NCBI GenBank assembly: GCA_030141605.1
Contig: JAQGDQ010000075.1
Coordinates: 434,001 to 498,000, forward strand
DNA: 64,000 nucleotides
From: Tubiluchus corallicola
Lineage: Eukaryota; Animalia; Priapulida
Direction: 5' to 3'
Part shown: piece by piece, positions 1 through 41,604 of the stretch
Position numbering within the stretch: the first letter of the stretch is position 1
Layout of the letters: the number at the start of each line of letters is the position of its first letter
The notes under the pieces: generated by a model
Seen by the model: only the letters and a program-made list of their open reading frames with translations
Databases searched by the model: none
What the model was told of the DNA's origin: nothing
Program-made: the position numbers and the translations under genes

Positions 1-436
1 AGAATCTAACCATGGTACAGAGTCACGTATAAGTTATTTAGAGCGCCCTTCTGCAGAGCAATGAGAGTAACAACAATAAGACGATAATATCCAAACACTG
101 TATTTCTTTTCCATTATTAATATATAATAGTTAAACATCTCAGCACACATTTCAGACAAATTTCTAAATTAAAGCCTGGCACTAACTGCTCAGGTTGGGT
201 GTTTTATACACATTTATTCAAATTCGTATCTCACGTTTCCTGCGCTTCTAAATGAGGGCATAATTGCTATAGTACACCACCTATCTTCTGCTGAACAAAA
301 ACATGGTGACCTGAAACCATGGTTTATTTTTTATTAATAATCACTAATTCTTATATGTTTATAAATTATTATCTAGGTAAATTTTACATGTCTGTACATT
401 GCCCGTGTTCTATGAACTTTTCTTACGAAGTAAAAT

Positions 437-553
437 TTACTTGCTTACTTAATTATTTACTTACTTACTTACTTACTTATTTTCTTACTTACTTGCTTGC
501 TTCTTTGCTTGCTTGCTTACTTACTTATTTGCTTACTTACTTTCTCACTTAAT
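437..553. repeat. (TTAC/TTGC)n tetranucleotide microsatellite
   Basis: Directly visible. Confidence 0.9.
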
Positions 554-1364
554 TCTTGTGAAAACTAGCTGACAATGCCGCCACAGTTATGTACATCTTC
601 TGACTATATCCGCCTTAATTGGACGTCAATTCCAGCCCATCACACTTTGTTGGATACCTTTTGTATTTTGCTACAAAACACAATATCGTCATTAACGAAA
701 AAAGCTTGTCACTATAAACAAAAACGAAATCTTGTGATAGCACGTTCATCACATCGTTAGTGATTTTGTGTTAAGACTAATACTCCAGCTCGTACAGAAT
801 CCAGAAAGAGCTTGTCAATATTAAATCGAAAATTGTGTCAAATATAAGTTTCTATACAACCGACCAGTTTTACGTTTCATACATGTAAAACACTTGGAAA
901 ACATAAGAATAAAATAACTCCGGTGACGCGGATACAATAAGGCAAAGTACCATTTTCTATGCAGAGCTAATAAATAAATTTCAAAATTTTCAAAATCCTC
1001 GGTTAATGTTAAAAAACAACCGTTTCGCTCTATTGTATTTCAATATGAAGATATAATCTTAAAAAATTTAAACTATCTTGTAACAAGGCTAGTAGGCTGT
1101 TATTTAAGTTCCCATATGACAGCGGTGCATATGACAACACCCGTCGAATTTTGTCGAGAACTACGCCAGTACGGCATATCTCGAGTTTGAATGTTTTTTA
1201 CCTTGTTTGCTTTTACCCTGCCCTTGCAAACTGGTTCTTGAATGTAAACATGGCGTAAACATTTGCGTCGTAATCAATTACTACTGTAATTGTCATTCAA
1301 GTCTATCATAAGGCTGGCATCGTGCCCAACTGGCCATGTAAGCTGAATTAGGCTTCTTTCATAG

Positions 1365-1590
1365 ATCTATCTGTCTGTTTGTCTGTCTGGCTGTCTGTCT
1401 GTCTATCTATCTATGCTTCTCTTCCCTTTTCTTACTGATTTCGTACATAAAATTTATTACTAAGGTTCTCATCTCTACATCATTTAGGCCATTAACAAAA
1501 ATAAACTGTTCACGTATAGGCATATCTGCAAAAGAAGGAAATATTTTTAAAATATTTGCAAATACAACTTTTCTCTCATTATATACATAT
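1365..1590 (-). mobile_element. 3' end of a 5'-truncated LINE (L2/CR1-group-like) with a (GATA/GACA)n tail
   Basis: Minus-strand YNERKVVFANILKIFPSFADMPIREQFIF...FMYEISKKR resembles LINE ORF2 C-termini and is directly followed by a tetranucleotide tail. Confidence 0.5.
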
Positions 1591-1611
1591 AATGTATATA
1601 TATGTATATAA

Positions 1612-1669
<58 letters not shown>

Positions 1670-1730
1670 CGTGCGTGCGTGTGTGTATAGTAATTTTTCT
1701 GTGCCAAAGGGCTTAATTAGCCACGAGTCA

Positions 1731-1767
<37 letters not shown>

Positions 1768-1769
1768 TG

Positions 1770-1845
<76 letters not shown>

Positions 1846-1904
1846 CGTGCGTGTGTGTATAGTAATTTTTCTGTGCCAAAGGGCTTAATTAGCCACGAGT
1901 CACA
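1612..1904. repeat. (TACA)n/(GT)n microsatellite with a duplicated 46-bp unique segment
   Basis: atagtaatttttctgtgccaaagggcttaattagccacgagtcaca at 1687-1732 and 1859-1904. Confidence 0.9.
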
Positions 1905-2666
1905 TAGCGCATCCCTATGCTGTTCCTTTGCTCATTATCGATGATGACTATGGGCACAGTATAATAATTATGTTTAAAGCCTTTTTGTATTAGACTTAAC
2001 CGTATACATGTAATGTAATCACGTCTTAATTTAGTCATATTGTAATTTCTTTTCTCATTACTAAAGCGTAGAACTAAAACGTAGGTCTCTTATAATAGAC
2101 CAGTAAGCCTTTATTACTAAACATGCACTAATTACTCGTTTTATCTTCATTGTAAATATCGTCATTGAGAAATGTAATATTCATCAATAGTTAAGCGAAT
2201 ATTTTAATTACTTGTTCTTGTTTTCGATATCAAAGTTAAAGCTACAAATTGATTTCAGTATTTGTTTGCGTCGAAAATGTGAAAATAATTGAATTCAGGG
2301 CATTCAATCGCGGAAGTTTTGTTCTCCCGCCTATTTTTACAAAAAATCAAACTTTTTACATACATTCAATTAGTTAAAACATTCAATTAAATCGTTAAAA
2401 ATCAGATATAATATTTTCGAAGAATAAAAATCAACCATTCATTCGATAGATTTAAAATCAATTACTTTGATGTAATAATTAAAAGACATACTTTCAATTT
2501 ACTACAACTATACTGAGGCACATTGTCCATGCATAGCGATGCAAGGCAAACCTCCCCCTTGGCGTAATCTGTTGTATACCTAGTATTGTCTTTGTAATTA
2601 ATTTTACTGCGTATTTTATATGTATCGGTTTTGTTATATAATTTAGACATGTAGAACAGCTTGAAC

Positions 2667-2960
2667 TTAAAGCAAAACCGGACCCAATCTTAAACTGTAG
2701 GTGAAAACCATCTACTCTTTAAAATATTGATCAAGACAGACTTACGTGAAAGAATTATTTCGACACAAACACAGTTTCGCATTCACGCCACTATTCTTCC
2801 CTGTTACACGCATTTCTCCATTCGCTGGTTAGACGGGCACTAGCGCCTGCATTTCGGAAACACAGTGCACAAAAAAACAGATGCTGTACCTCTCAGTTCA
2901 GATGTATTAGTTTGTGACGAACTGCATACGTTCGACACCTCACGCGTGAGCACTGCGGTA
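2667..2960 (+). mobile_element. TTAA-starting non-autonomous DNA transposon fragment (Kolobok-like), copy 1
   Basis: Starts ttaaagcaaaaccggacccaat; alignable by eye with 4252-4560. Confidence 0.6.
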
Positions 2961-4251
2961 CATTTACCACTAATGATAACAGCAGTACTCTGTCGAAACG
3001 TTTGGTGAGATTTTAACTATTTAAAGTAAAAGTTTTAATGAAGTTGTCTTGTTTTAACTATAATCGTGACTTTTTAATTTTTGATGGCGGTTATTTGAGG
3101 AGTAGTTTAGATATTTAGATATTTATTTATTAGAGCAAAAGTACATACAAGGCATACATACAATTTCAATTTTGAAATATACAAAAAAAAACGCAAGTCA
3201 TATATACAATTTCAATTATGAAATATAATGACACTATAATTATACAAATAAAACAAATATTGTTAAATCTTCCTGGTAGTTATATTAGTTATTTAATGAA
3301 AAGTTTAATGATTTCTATTTAAAATAAATTGTCATTCATTAGGCCTCATTTTCAATGATATGATCATAATATAGTATATTGTTCATCATGTCTTAAAAAC
3401 GCTTTTTCAACATAATTAATAAATTTTACGCATGATATGGTAATAACGCATTTTATATTTTATTGTGATTGTGAATAGCATGATTGATTATGGGCGAACG
3501 CTTGAAGTAGAGCAATAAATTTAATTTAAAAAATTAAATTATTTAATTAATTGAAGCGTTTTATAACAATTAACAGGGAAATAAATGAAATTTCGCTTTC
3601 AAAACTTAATTTCTTTAAAACCATTCATACATCAGCAGCGTTTCGTTAAATATTGGATTTATTTTATTCTTAATAATTCCACTTAGGTGTTTGTGTTTTA
3701 AAGATGGAACTGAAGTAACAAACAACTTTGCACAGCGTTACAGAGCAACAGGGGTAAACCTAAAAACTATTAGTGAATTAGTAATTAGTTAATTGCCATT
3801 TAAGCACGTTTTATTTAATTAGGAAGAGTTTCATGGTAAGACAAATTTATACCCAGAGAAGAGACGTGCAAAAATCAAAACCAACGAAATTTATCACAAA
3901 CAAAAAAAACGATTCTTACGAAGTGAAATTTTTATTTTTTTTTTGATTCACCAAAATCCACTTCATAGGCTAAGAATCTAATACTGTTTTTTACCAGGCT
4001 TTATTTGAGCCTTTTAGCAAATTATTGGCGGTTAGGATTGAAGCGGTTCCTTGGATCTCTTTCATGAGAAAAATACAAAAAGTAATTTCCGGCTTCGAGG
4101 ATTTCATTCAGATTCATTACAGGATGAGATCCCTAAGGTAATTTCGTTCAGATCTATTTTGCTGTTATTGGGTTAAGACAGTGAAACGCATTTCGTTGAC
4201 GTGTAAGTTGAATGTTAAAAACATTAGCTGAGGGGAATGGGGAAACGTGTG

Positions 4252-4560
4252 TTAAAGGAAAACTGGACCCAATTATGAAATGTAGGTCAAAACAATCTAC
4301 TCTTCAAAGTATTTCAAGGATACATACTATTTTTAAACAATGACTTACGTGAACGAATTATTGCCACACAAAAATAATTTCGTGTTCCCGCGGCTAGTTC
4401 TTCGCTGGTACATGTATTTCGCCATTCGTTAGTTAGACGGGCACTGGCACAAGCATTTCGGAAACGCGTTGCAGGAAAAACACGTGCTGTACCTCTCAGT
4501 TCAGAGCTGTTCGTTTGTGACGTGATACATACGTTCGAGAGCTCATGCGTAAGCACAGAT
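4252..4560 (+). mobile_element. TTAA-starting non-autonomous DNA transposon fragment (Kolobok-like), copy 2
   Basis: Starts ttaaaggaaaactggacccaat; shares tctactctt, gacttacgtgaa, gttagacgggcact and gctgtacctctcagttcaga with copy 1. Confidence 0.6.
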
Positions 4561-5267
4561 AAATTTAAAGTTTCAATTTTCATCTTAAAATTTGCCGAGT
4601 TTTTGTATGTTACACCGAATGTTATACATTAGCACTGCACTTCAATTTTCGCTTTCGCAAACACACGCAACACACTCATGTAGTCCAAAGATGAAATGTT
4701 AGCGATTTACTGATGAAAAATTCTTGCTACTGGCGAATAAATGCGAGAGGCTGGGAGGATGTATTGTGAATTGTAATGTTGCACTTGCTACGCTTACAAT
4801 GATTCACCAAGATTTTATTCGTAGTTATTGTAATGTCTGTCTCTCAGCATTATGATGCTTTACTAGCCTCCTCTTTCTTCTCTTTCGCACGCTACCTTTT
4901 TTCTCTCATCCTCTTTCTGTCTTTTGCTGCATTTCGTTGGTTGCGTGACGACAGTTTCGCTTTTGTCACAAACGTCTTCTTGTGATGCGATTGAAAACAA
5001 GTCTAACATATTAATCTTTAATTTGCTGTTTTTTGAACTGCAAGCTAGAAATAAGTTTTTGACTCGCCAAGAACAGTTCATTGTTAACTTACGAAGTAGC
5101 TTCATTGGTATAACTAGGCTTTTGTACATCAAAGTATATAAAATGCTCGATTTCCGTTTGCAAGTAGATGGTTTCATAGAAATATCTGTGCAGGGACTGT
5201 TTTTTCTTTATATATCTGTTTATTTCATACACATTGGCATTACATCGGAGGCACAGAAAATATGTAT

Positions 5268-5962
5268 ATATCGTGTGGCGCAGAAAAAATGTACCGAAGT
5301 TTAGACTACAAAAAGATTGCCCTACAAATTTGAAATTTCACGGCATGATATAACAATACGTTAACATTTGGCTGTGAAAGTTAAAGATTTATAGTTTAAG
5401 TAGCTTTTAATTTATGACCGAAAAACTTTTGCATTTAAATACCGGAACAACGACCTTTTAATCGTTCACTAACTTATAAAGCATTCAATACATGGGGCAA
5501 ACAAAAAGCGAATCATCCAGTTTATATCATGGTCGTCTTCATCAGAGAAAAGAATTAAAACACTGATAAAGATTAAAGATTTGCTACCAGGAAAAAATTG
5601 AACTTAATCCTTTGGATTAAGTATCTGGAATTACATTAAAGAGGAATTGCGCAATGGCCTCACAGAGCCGTTTGATGCAGAGGGACTAAAGGCAAAAATT
5701 GTTGAGCATTGGCACCAAATACCCCAACATGGCATTTATTTTTTGACTTGTTTATTTAAAACTTTCGTGTCTCTGGTAAAATATAAGAGATTTTTGGTAC
5801 TTATACTTAAGAATCTAAAATTAATAGTTAAGACCTAAAATTTTTTGGGTACTTATACCTAAGAATCTCTAACGTCAGTATGGTAATTTTCTAGCGGTTT
5901 CGTTATTTTCTTCTTATTATATCGTGATCAAAATTTCGGCAATTTTTTTCGCACCACCTGTG
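5268..5962 (+). mobile_element. Internally deleted Tc1/mariner-family transposon
   Basis: Imperfect TIRs (gtggcgcagaaaaaatgtaccgaa / ttcggcaatttttttcgcaccacctg); frameshifted transposase remnant LNPLD..IWNYIKE...LKAKIVEHWHQIPQ. Confidence 0.7.
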
Positions 5963-6237
5963 ATATAGATACACTAGTCAGCACATAGAGTCATAGTCAT
6001 AGACGTTAGTTCAATTACAATAACTAAAAATCGATGTATGTTGATACGTACGTTTAGAAATAATAGATTGTACGACTTAAATAGGAAGTAATGGTGTGAG
6101 GATAATAATGTGAAACGATTTTCTTGATTAATATTTTGATAACAAATAATGCAGACATTTTAAACTGTTTTTAACTTGCTTATTTTATTAACGAGTGAAT
6201 GCTAACAATCAATGTTTCTCAAGGGCAGGCTATTTAG

Positions 6238-7250
6238 GTGCGTTGTTTGGGCGCAGTGGCTTGGGCGCTGGGTCACTACACTCACTCGGGCGCGAGACAC
6301 TTGGGCGACAGCATCGGCGCTCACCGCGGTCAGTGCTCTGTTACGTAACTCGTACGTTTCTTTTCCGCTTTGCCTTACAATTCACGCTGCCAGGTACAAA
6401 GACTAAAATTTTGTATATCCTCATTCACAGCCTGGTTGCAGTGTAGCGTTTGGTTATTATCTAAAGTCTTTGTAGCAAAGTGTGTAATTAAAACTAGAAG
6501 CAACTATAACTCACTCACCGTGTATAAAAACTGCGGCTGAACCCGTATATCATGCATTTCGAAAAAGATTGGCAAAGAAGCTCGAGGTTAACAGTAACTG
6601 GACTTTAAAATATGATAATGCTCTCCCGAGACTTGCCATCTTTACTACCTGAATAAAAAGTTGAATACCCTTTTCTTAGTCACAAAAATGAACTAAATAA
6701 AATCTGTTTTTGAGATTAAAAAGGCCATTCAACTTTTTATTCATGTAGATAACAATAGATAAATAGCACATTAAGCATTTGGCTCATTAATTGTTTTGGT
6801 TTTCCTTAAGTTGAAATGTTGTATAAACAACTAAACGATGTATGCCACGCCAGCTTCTTTTATACTTTTAGATGCATGAAAGCTTTCAATAAATGGTGAT
6901 GTGACACAGTAGTTAAATGCTGCACTATTTGTATTTTTAAAAGCCAAATTTTGGACTGAAAAGATTTTTTTATAATGCACTATAGATATTTGAAATAAAA
7001 TGCAGAGTAAACTGGCTAGTTTTAATTATTATAATCATACGTTACTGCATATGCCTAATGTAGTGAAGTGTAGTAATGTAGTGGTCTTAAAAATATTGTG
7101 AAAGTTGGGAAAATATAAATTATTAAAATTTAATAAAAAAAATTAAAAATATGTACAATATTGAATTTTATTGGTGACAAACTGTCTCGTGCCCAAGTGC
7201 TCTATGCCAAAGTGTTCATGGCCAAGCGGCAGTGCCCAAATGTCACGTAC
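6238..7250. mobile_element. Putative TIR element with short-repeat subtermini
   Basis: Repeated (c)ttgggcg motifs at 6245-6310 are mirrored by gcccaa(g) motifs at 7180-7245 (gggcgcgagaca vs tgtctcgtgccc). Confidence 0.45.
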
Positions 7251-7871
7251 TAATATGTCTCTCATTTGTAAAGATTCGGCATATTCGCCAGTTATAAAGA
7301 CAATGACAGCATTAACATTATAACCTAAGAGCTCATAAGAAATGACAATACATTTTCCTTTTTCTTTACAGTTCTTATACTAAGCGCTTTTTCACTTTTG
7401 CTAAGTTACATAAAACACGTGTGTATACAGACAGATGAGAGTGAGAAAAAGTAATTTGTTAGAAACGTGATACTGTGATACCCATTATATACGGGAGATC
7501 ATTCCGTCTCTCATCAGCACGTGTCAGCTTCTATGCTTCTTACTAATTGCACAAGTCAGATCGTTATATTATCACTATAGTGTTGTGAGAGCTGACGGAT
7601 AAGTACTTGCTTTCGTGTGTGAAGTTGCTGGCTTATCAACCCAACAGTGACCAGTATGGGTACCATTCATACTTGGTAATGGTCTCATAATCGTTGTTCT
7701 AACTTCGAAATTATTGTCTGTATTTTGATTGAAAGAAGTCACAGATACTGAAGATTTAGAAGATAAACCTGTTCGAAAGAAAGAAAATGCGGAAAACTCG
7801 TCACTGAACCATATTTGAACCCGAAACTTTTGTGTTAGTTTTAACGTCATAATAACATACCACTCAACCCT

Positions 7872-8565
7872 TTAAAGGAAGAACCAACCCTCGAAAAACA
7901 TTTATTGCATTTTAATATGCAATTAAAAATATTGAAATCACCACACAATATATGCGCATTGAATGCTTTGCTTAAAAATGTAAAATAAATTTAAATGTAA
8001 AATGACGTAAGCTGGTGCCTGCTGGACAGCGTGAACGCTGTGAGGAAGGTACGCGTTGAGAAATTCCTACAGTTCACTCAGAAGTTCATTTATTCTAGCT
8101 TGAATTTTACTGTGTTTATGTAAAAATTAATCATTTGATCAATTATGACCAAGATTAAAGTGATTACGTAGCTTTAACCCGCAAGATTATACCGTAAAAT
8201 GTGTAAGTAGTATACATTAATTGCGTAAATGTAATTAATTTACAGACTTTTGTTGACTTTCAGATACACATGTAAACTTGCGGGCATACAATAGGTACCG
8301 GGTGGGTTTTAGTTTATAGAGTTCGCTCTATAAGTCAAAAAAAAAGATTGCTGAAGCACTTGGCAGAATAACTGTTTATATTGCACGTTTACCAGATGAC
8401 GCCATTTTTCACCAAAATGAGCGCGCCAAGCGTGAAGTGGTGAAATTTTAAATTGAAATTGATTACACGAGGCGCATATCACAGTTTAATTGCTGAAACT
8501 GTCTAACATTTTTCTCAAATATTAAAATAAGCTCAACTTCCCGAGAGACTTGTCTTTTGCTTTAA
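7872..8565. mobile_element. TTAA-flanked MITE (Kolobok-like)
   Basis: ttaaaggaagaaccaaccctcg ... cgagagacttgtcttttgctttaa imperfect TIR. Confidence 0.45.
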
Positions 8566-9679
8566 GAGTATGACAGGTCTTAATTGTTTTGAAAGCAAGA
8601 TTGTAAAAACACATTTTCTCTATATAGTGGTGTTCTGACTTGAGATTATAGTACTATACGTGTTGGTAATAATAAATCGAAGATGTGGTTTGAGCCAATG
8701 TTTGATTTGTTGTAAATAACGTAGTTTTTTGTATCCTTACTGAGCGTGGTTTATGAATCTTTTATTCCAGCTTTATCGAACTGGTGATTTTTGCGATTTT
8801 GCAGATTAAATGCATTAGCGGATGAATGCTGATTGCTGATTGAATATGCTCTTTTATCTGTATCTCACTCAGTAAACCTGATACAAAATTTCTTATGCTT
8901 AAAATTTAAGAGACAGAAAAGTTCTTGCATCCTAAGTAAAACTTAAAACTACTTATTTTTCGTTTGAAGTGTCAAACCGTCGTGGGTTAAAATTCTGTTT
9001 TCTTGCCGGTTAAAGTACGCTGAGAACTCGTAATTACTATTTCTCCTAGATGTATTATGATTGTCAGACTGAGCTGCGATGAGTATGGTTTTTTAATTAC
9101 AGCATTCGTTGAAAGCTTTTTCAAGCTGGTTGTCATTATTCAAGATCGTGTTCAACGATATTGAATATATTCCTTGCCGTTTGGAGCCTTCAGTATTCTG
9201 GTATTTTGGACAATGTTAATTTCTGTAGTTTCCTTCACTACGGAAGTGGTTCTGACATTGGCGTTGTGCAGAAAAACTTTGAACGATATTCACTTCGGTC
9301 TTTGATGCAGCGACAGCTCGTTCTTCGGCATATTTCTTTGTGCGTTCATGAATTATTTTCACGTGTTTGTTTTTTTTGTGTGCTAATTCGTGTTAAGTTG
9401 CATCAACTTAAATATTATTGTTATTAAATTCATCCGTTTATTTATTAGCTGATTCAGTCACGAATGTACTGTTGTGTTGTTTGTCCATTTGTTCGTTCTC
9501 TTTCAACAGTTCCTCCATTCATGTCTCCTCTTCTCTGGATTACCCATTCATTTAATAGGTTTTTGTGCACGAGATTATTAATGCATATTGGATTTTTGAA
9601 CATTAAATTCTAGTCAATAGTGAATTATTAATGAATGTCGTGAAAACCATAAACGATTATTTTTTCGTTTTTTTTTCAG

Positions 9680-38894
<29,215 letters not shown>

Positions 38895-40527
38895 TTTCAT
38901 GACTTGTTTGTTTATTTTAGTGTTTATTTCTAGTTAAATAAGCCAAGATGCATGTCTATCAGATGTCTGAAAATTCTCCAGGCAGCCATAAGGGCATATG
39001 AATGTGATAAAATAAATTTGTTCTCAATAGCATAAGTTGAATGAGTATTTAACGAGCATCGTCAGCACTGATTGATTGGTTTCATTTTAGTTTAGATTAC
39101 TTTCAATGCCATGTTGATTTTATTCTTGACTGTGTGTGTTTGAAAAAGAATCAATGCAACTTTGGTTTTAGCATCATTAAAATGGCATAACACCACCATA
39201 CAATGAGTTCATGAGATTATTTTTGAAATGATTCACTGAGTAAATTTCTAATCTTCGTGGAAATTGTTATTACTGGCACCAACCGTTCCAATTAGAAACT
39301 GCTTTGTTGCTTTTTGTAAGGTGAACATTAAAATTTAGAAAATACCTTCATGGTCGTTTAGAAAAAAGATTGATTAAGGTTGATTATCTTCATTAATGTT
39401 AACAGTATTATTACAGTGGCAAAATACAGCTGCATTAAATGTCCATAAAATAAGACATATCTGAATAATGATGTGTTAGTGTTTTATTCCGCTTTGTCTC
39501 ATATCTGGAGAGGATTATTAATGTGTAGGCCTGAACTGAAAGAAGTTTAACACATTTAGAGCGCTTTAACACATTTCTAGTTTAATTTGTAAGTGCGTAA
39601 AGTAAGTGTTTTATTTATTAACTCCAAGGCTTTTATTGATGTAATTAATTAAAAATCGGTGAGTTTGCTGTGTAAAGTCGAAATGTTGACAAATATATAA
39701 AAAAAATGTAAATCGTGAGACGTTAATAAAGGTTTATGTTTTCAAAAAAACTTAGGTGTTTGCGTTTAGCTTTAGCGTGGACTTAAGGACTTTATAAAGT
39801 CCTGATGATTTAATTTGTATCAGCATTGTAATACAGAATACTCGTAGGCTTATACAACGTACGACCACTTGCCAGTTGAAAGTGTGTGTTTGCAAACTGT
39901 TGTCTTCCCAGCACTAACAGGGTCTTTACTGAAAATGATGAACTTTCAATTCCCAAAAGGTTTTTTACTGCTTTATCAGCTTAAATGCTTGTCCGCCAAA
40001 AATTATTTTCGTTTGAAAAATAAAGATATGTTTTATAAATAAAGGTATTTGCAAAATTTCCACAGTAAACTGCAAATGTAATAATTTTTAGCCATTTTTA
40101 GTAAACTCTGTACATGTTTTGTGTTCAATTAGCACAATTATGCAGGATATAACCGTCATTAGTGTTTCATAAATGAGAAACTAAAAGGGAATTATCTGGA
40201 AATCAACTCGGTGCATGAAGCACTCGGACAGGATTTATAATTAACAACTTCACTGGTTAACTCGGCACAAAAGTTGGAAAAGTTCTGGTCAATGGGAGTT
40301 AATGACATATAACTAAATAAACATTTTCAAGGAAGGCCTTTTATAAAAAATGTATTACTACTAATAAAAATTGTTAAGTTAAATGTCGGACTAGATGTTG
40401 GTCTCTCGCTTGCCAACTACATGTATATATATGTTTAACTTATCCAAGTTTAATTATTGTTATTTTCAATGCAGCAACTAGCAATAGAAAGGTAGTTAGT
40501 GCCACGTTTTTCTATGACGTCCCTGGT

Positions 40528-41604
40528 CTATTTTTGCTTCAGTCCATTCCATTTACCAGCCCTATGAATTTTTTCACGAGCTGGGCATTCCGTCGATTTA
40601 CGTAAATGCCAGTATCCCAACGAAGTCAACCTGTACTTTTTCATTGCCATATCCACGTTCCAATTGTTAACAACTAAGTATGGCATCGGTCCGTTTCTGT
40701 TACCTTTCAAGTACCAGGTACCGTCGGGCACTGCCCACCAGGGTAACAAATCTACTTTAACGCGTAACAATTCAGCAGCGTCGTTGTTAATTGCATCAGC
40801 CAGAAACTCCATTTCGTCGTCCGGAAATGGTTCTTTTAGGAATGTTCTGTTCGTGGAGTACAGTTTAACTTGAAGCCGTGCCGTGATAAGCTCCCAAAGC
40901 TTTATCACGACCTCGTTGGGATTCAGATAAAAGAATCCATTAGCAGCTTTCTCGTTTTCATTACTGGAAGTTGTACCTACGATGTCACTCAAGCCGTATT
41001 GGTTGCCCAGGAAAACGGGAAACGGATTTTTGAACCAGACGGCGCTGTTATCAAACACGACAGTTCTCGTGCCGGTTTGAAGAGTTTTTAGTAAAATTTG
41101 GGTTCTGGTCAAGAGGAACTTGAACGCCTCCTCGCGGCTGACTTCCAAGTTGTGCTGGAGGGCGGCATCACATTTTAGTAAGAACATGTTCACGTTTGGC
41201 CACACATCCTTGAGCTTGTTAAAAGTTACTTCGTCAGTAACGATAATTACCACGTGTCGCACCATATCTTTCATGATTAAGTGAATTCGGCACAGCCAAT
41301 TATGTACTAGCAACAGTCGCGCGTTATTGGTGATAGTTATTCCCACAATGCCGTGATGAAGCCCAATATCCCTAACGGTTCTCAAATAACGGGTCAGTTC
41401 CTCATCCAGGTTGTAGGCAGAAGAGGAAATTTCTTTGCTATTAACGCCCAGTTCGGAAATGTAAACAAAATTCTCATTAGGTTTAGTTAGTTTTGTTCCT
41501 TTCAACAGGCACACCAAAGTTATCGTAATAACAAGGGATAGAATAAATGTGACAGGAGTACCAACCAAAAATTTTATTCGCCTGATTAAGTTCAGCGAGC
41601 TCAT
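40528..41604 (-). CDS. Nucleotide-diphospho-sugar transferase (GT77-like) type II membrane glycosyltransferase, single coding exon, 358 aa
   Basis: First ATG at 41604 (the ORF track starts at an upstream TTG). N-terminal TM anchor FILSLVITITLVCLL. Family-like motifs HNWLC, VVFDNSAVWFKNPF, NGFFYL, LLPWWAVPDGTWY, NNW...KKYRL...GYWHL. Confidence 0.8.
   Translation of the reverse strand: MSSLNLIRRIKFLVGTPVTFILSLVITITLVCLLKGTKLTKPNENFVYISELGVNSKEISSSAYNLDEELTRYLRTVRDIGLHHGIVGITITNNARLLLVHNWLCRIHLIMKDMVRHVVIIVTDEVTFNKLKDVWPNVNMFLLKCDAALQHNLEVSREEAFKFLLTRTQILLKTLQTGTRTVVFDNSAVWFKNPFPVFLGNQYGLSDIVGTTSSNENEKAANGFFYLNPNEVVIKLWELITARLQVKLYSTNRTFLKEPFPDDEMEFLADAINNDAAELLRVKVDLLPWWAVPDGTWYLKGNRNGPMPYLVVNNWNVDMAMKKYRLTSLGYWHLRKSTECPAREKIHRAGKWNGLKQK

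Noticed and set aside
1-9679. PC1/3 exon 1 (signal peptide and N-terminal prodomain)
   Set aside because: I found no segment resembling a signal peptide plus NxWA...GG...A...GY ending at a phase-0 donor; it is probably upstream of the window, though I may have missed it.
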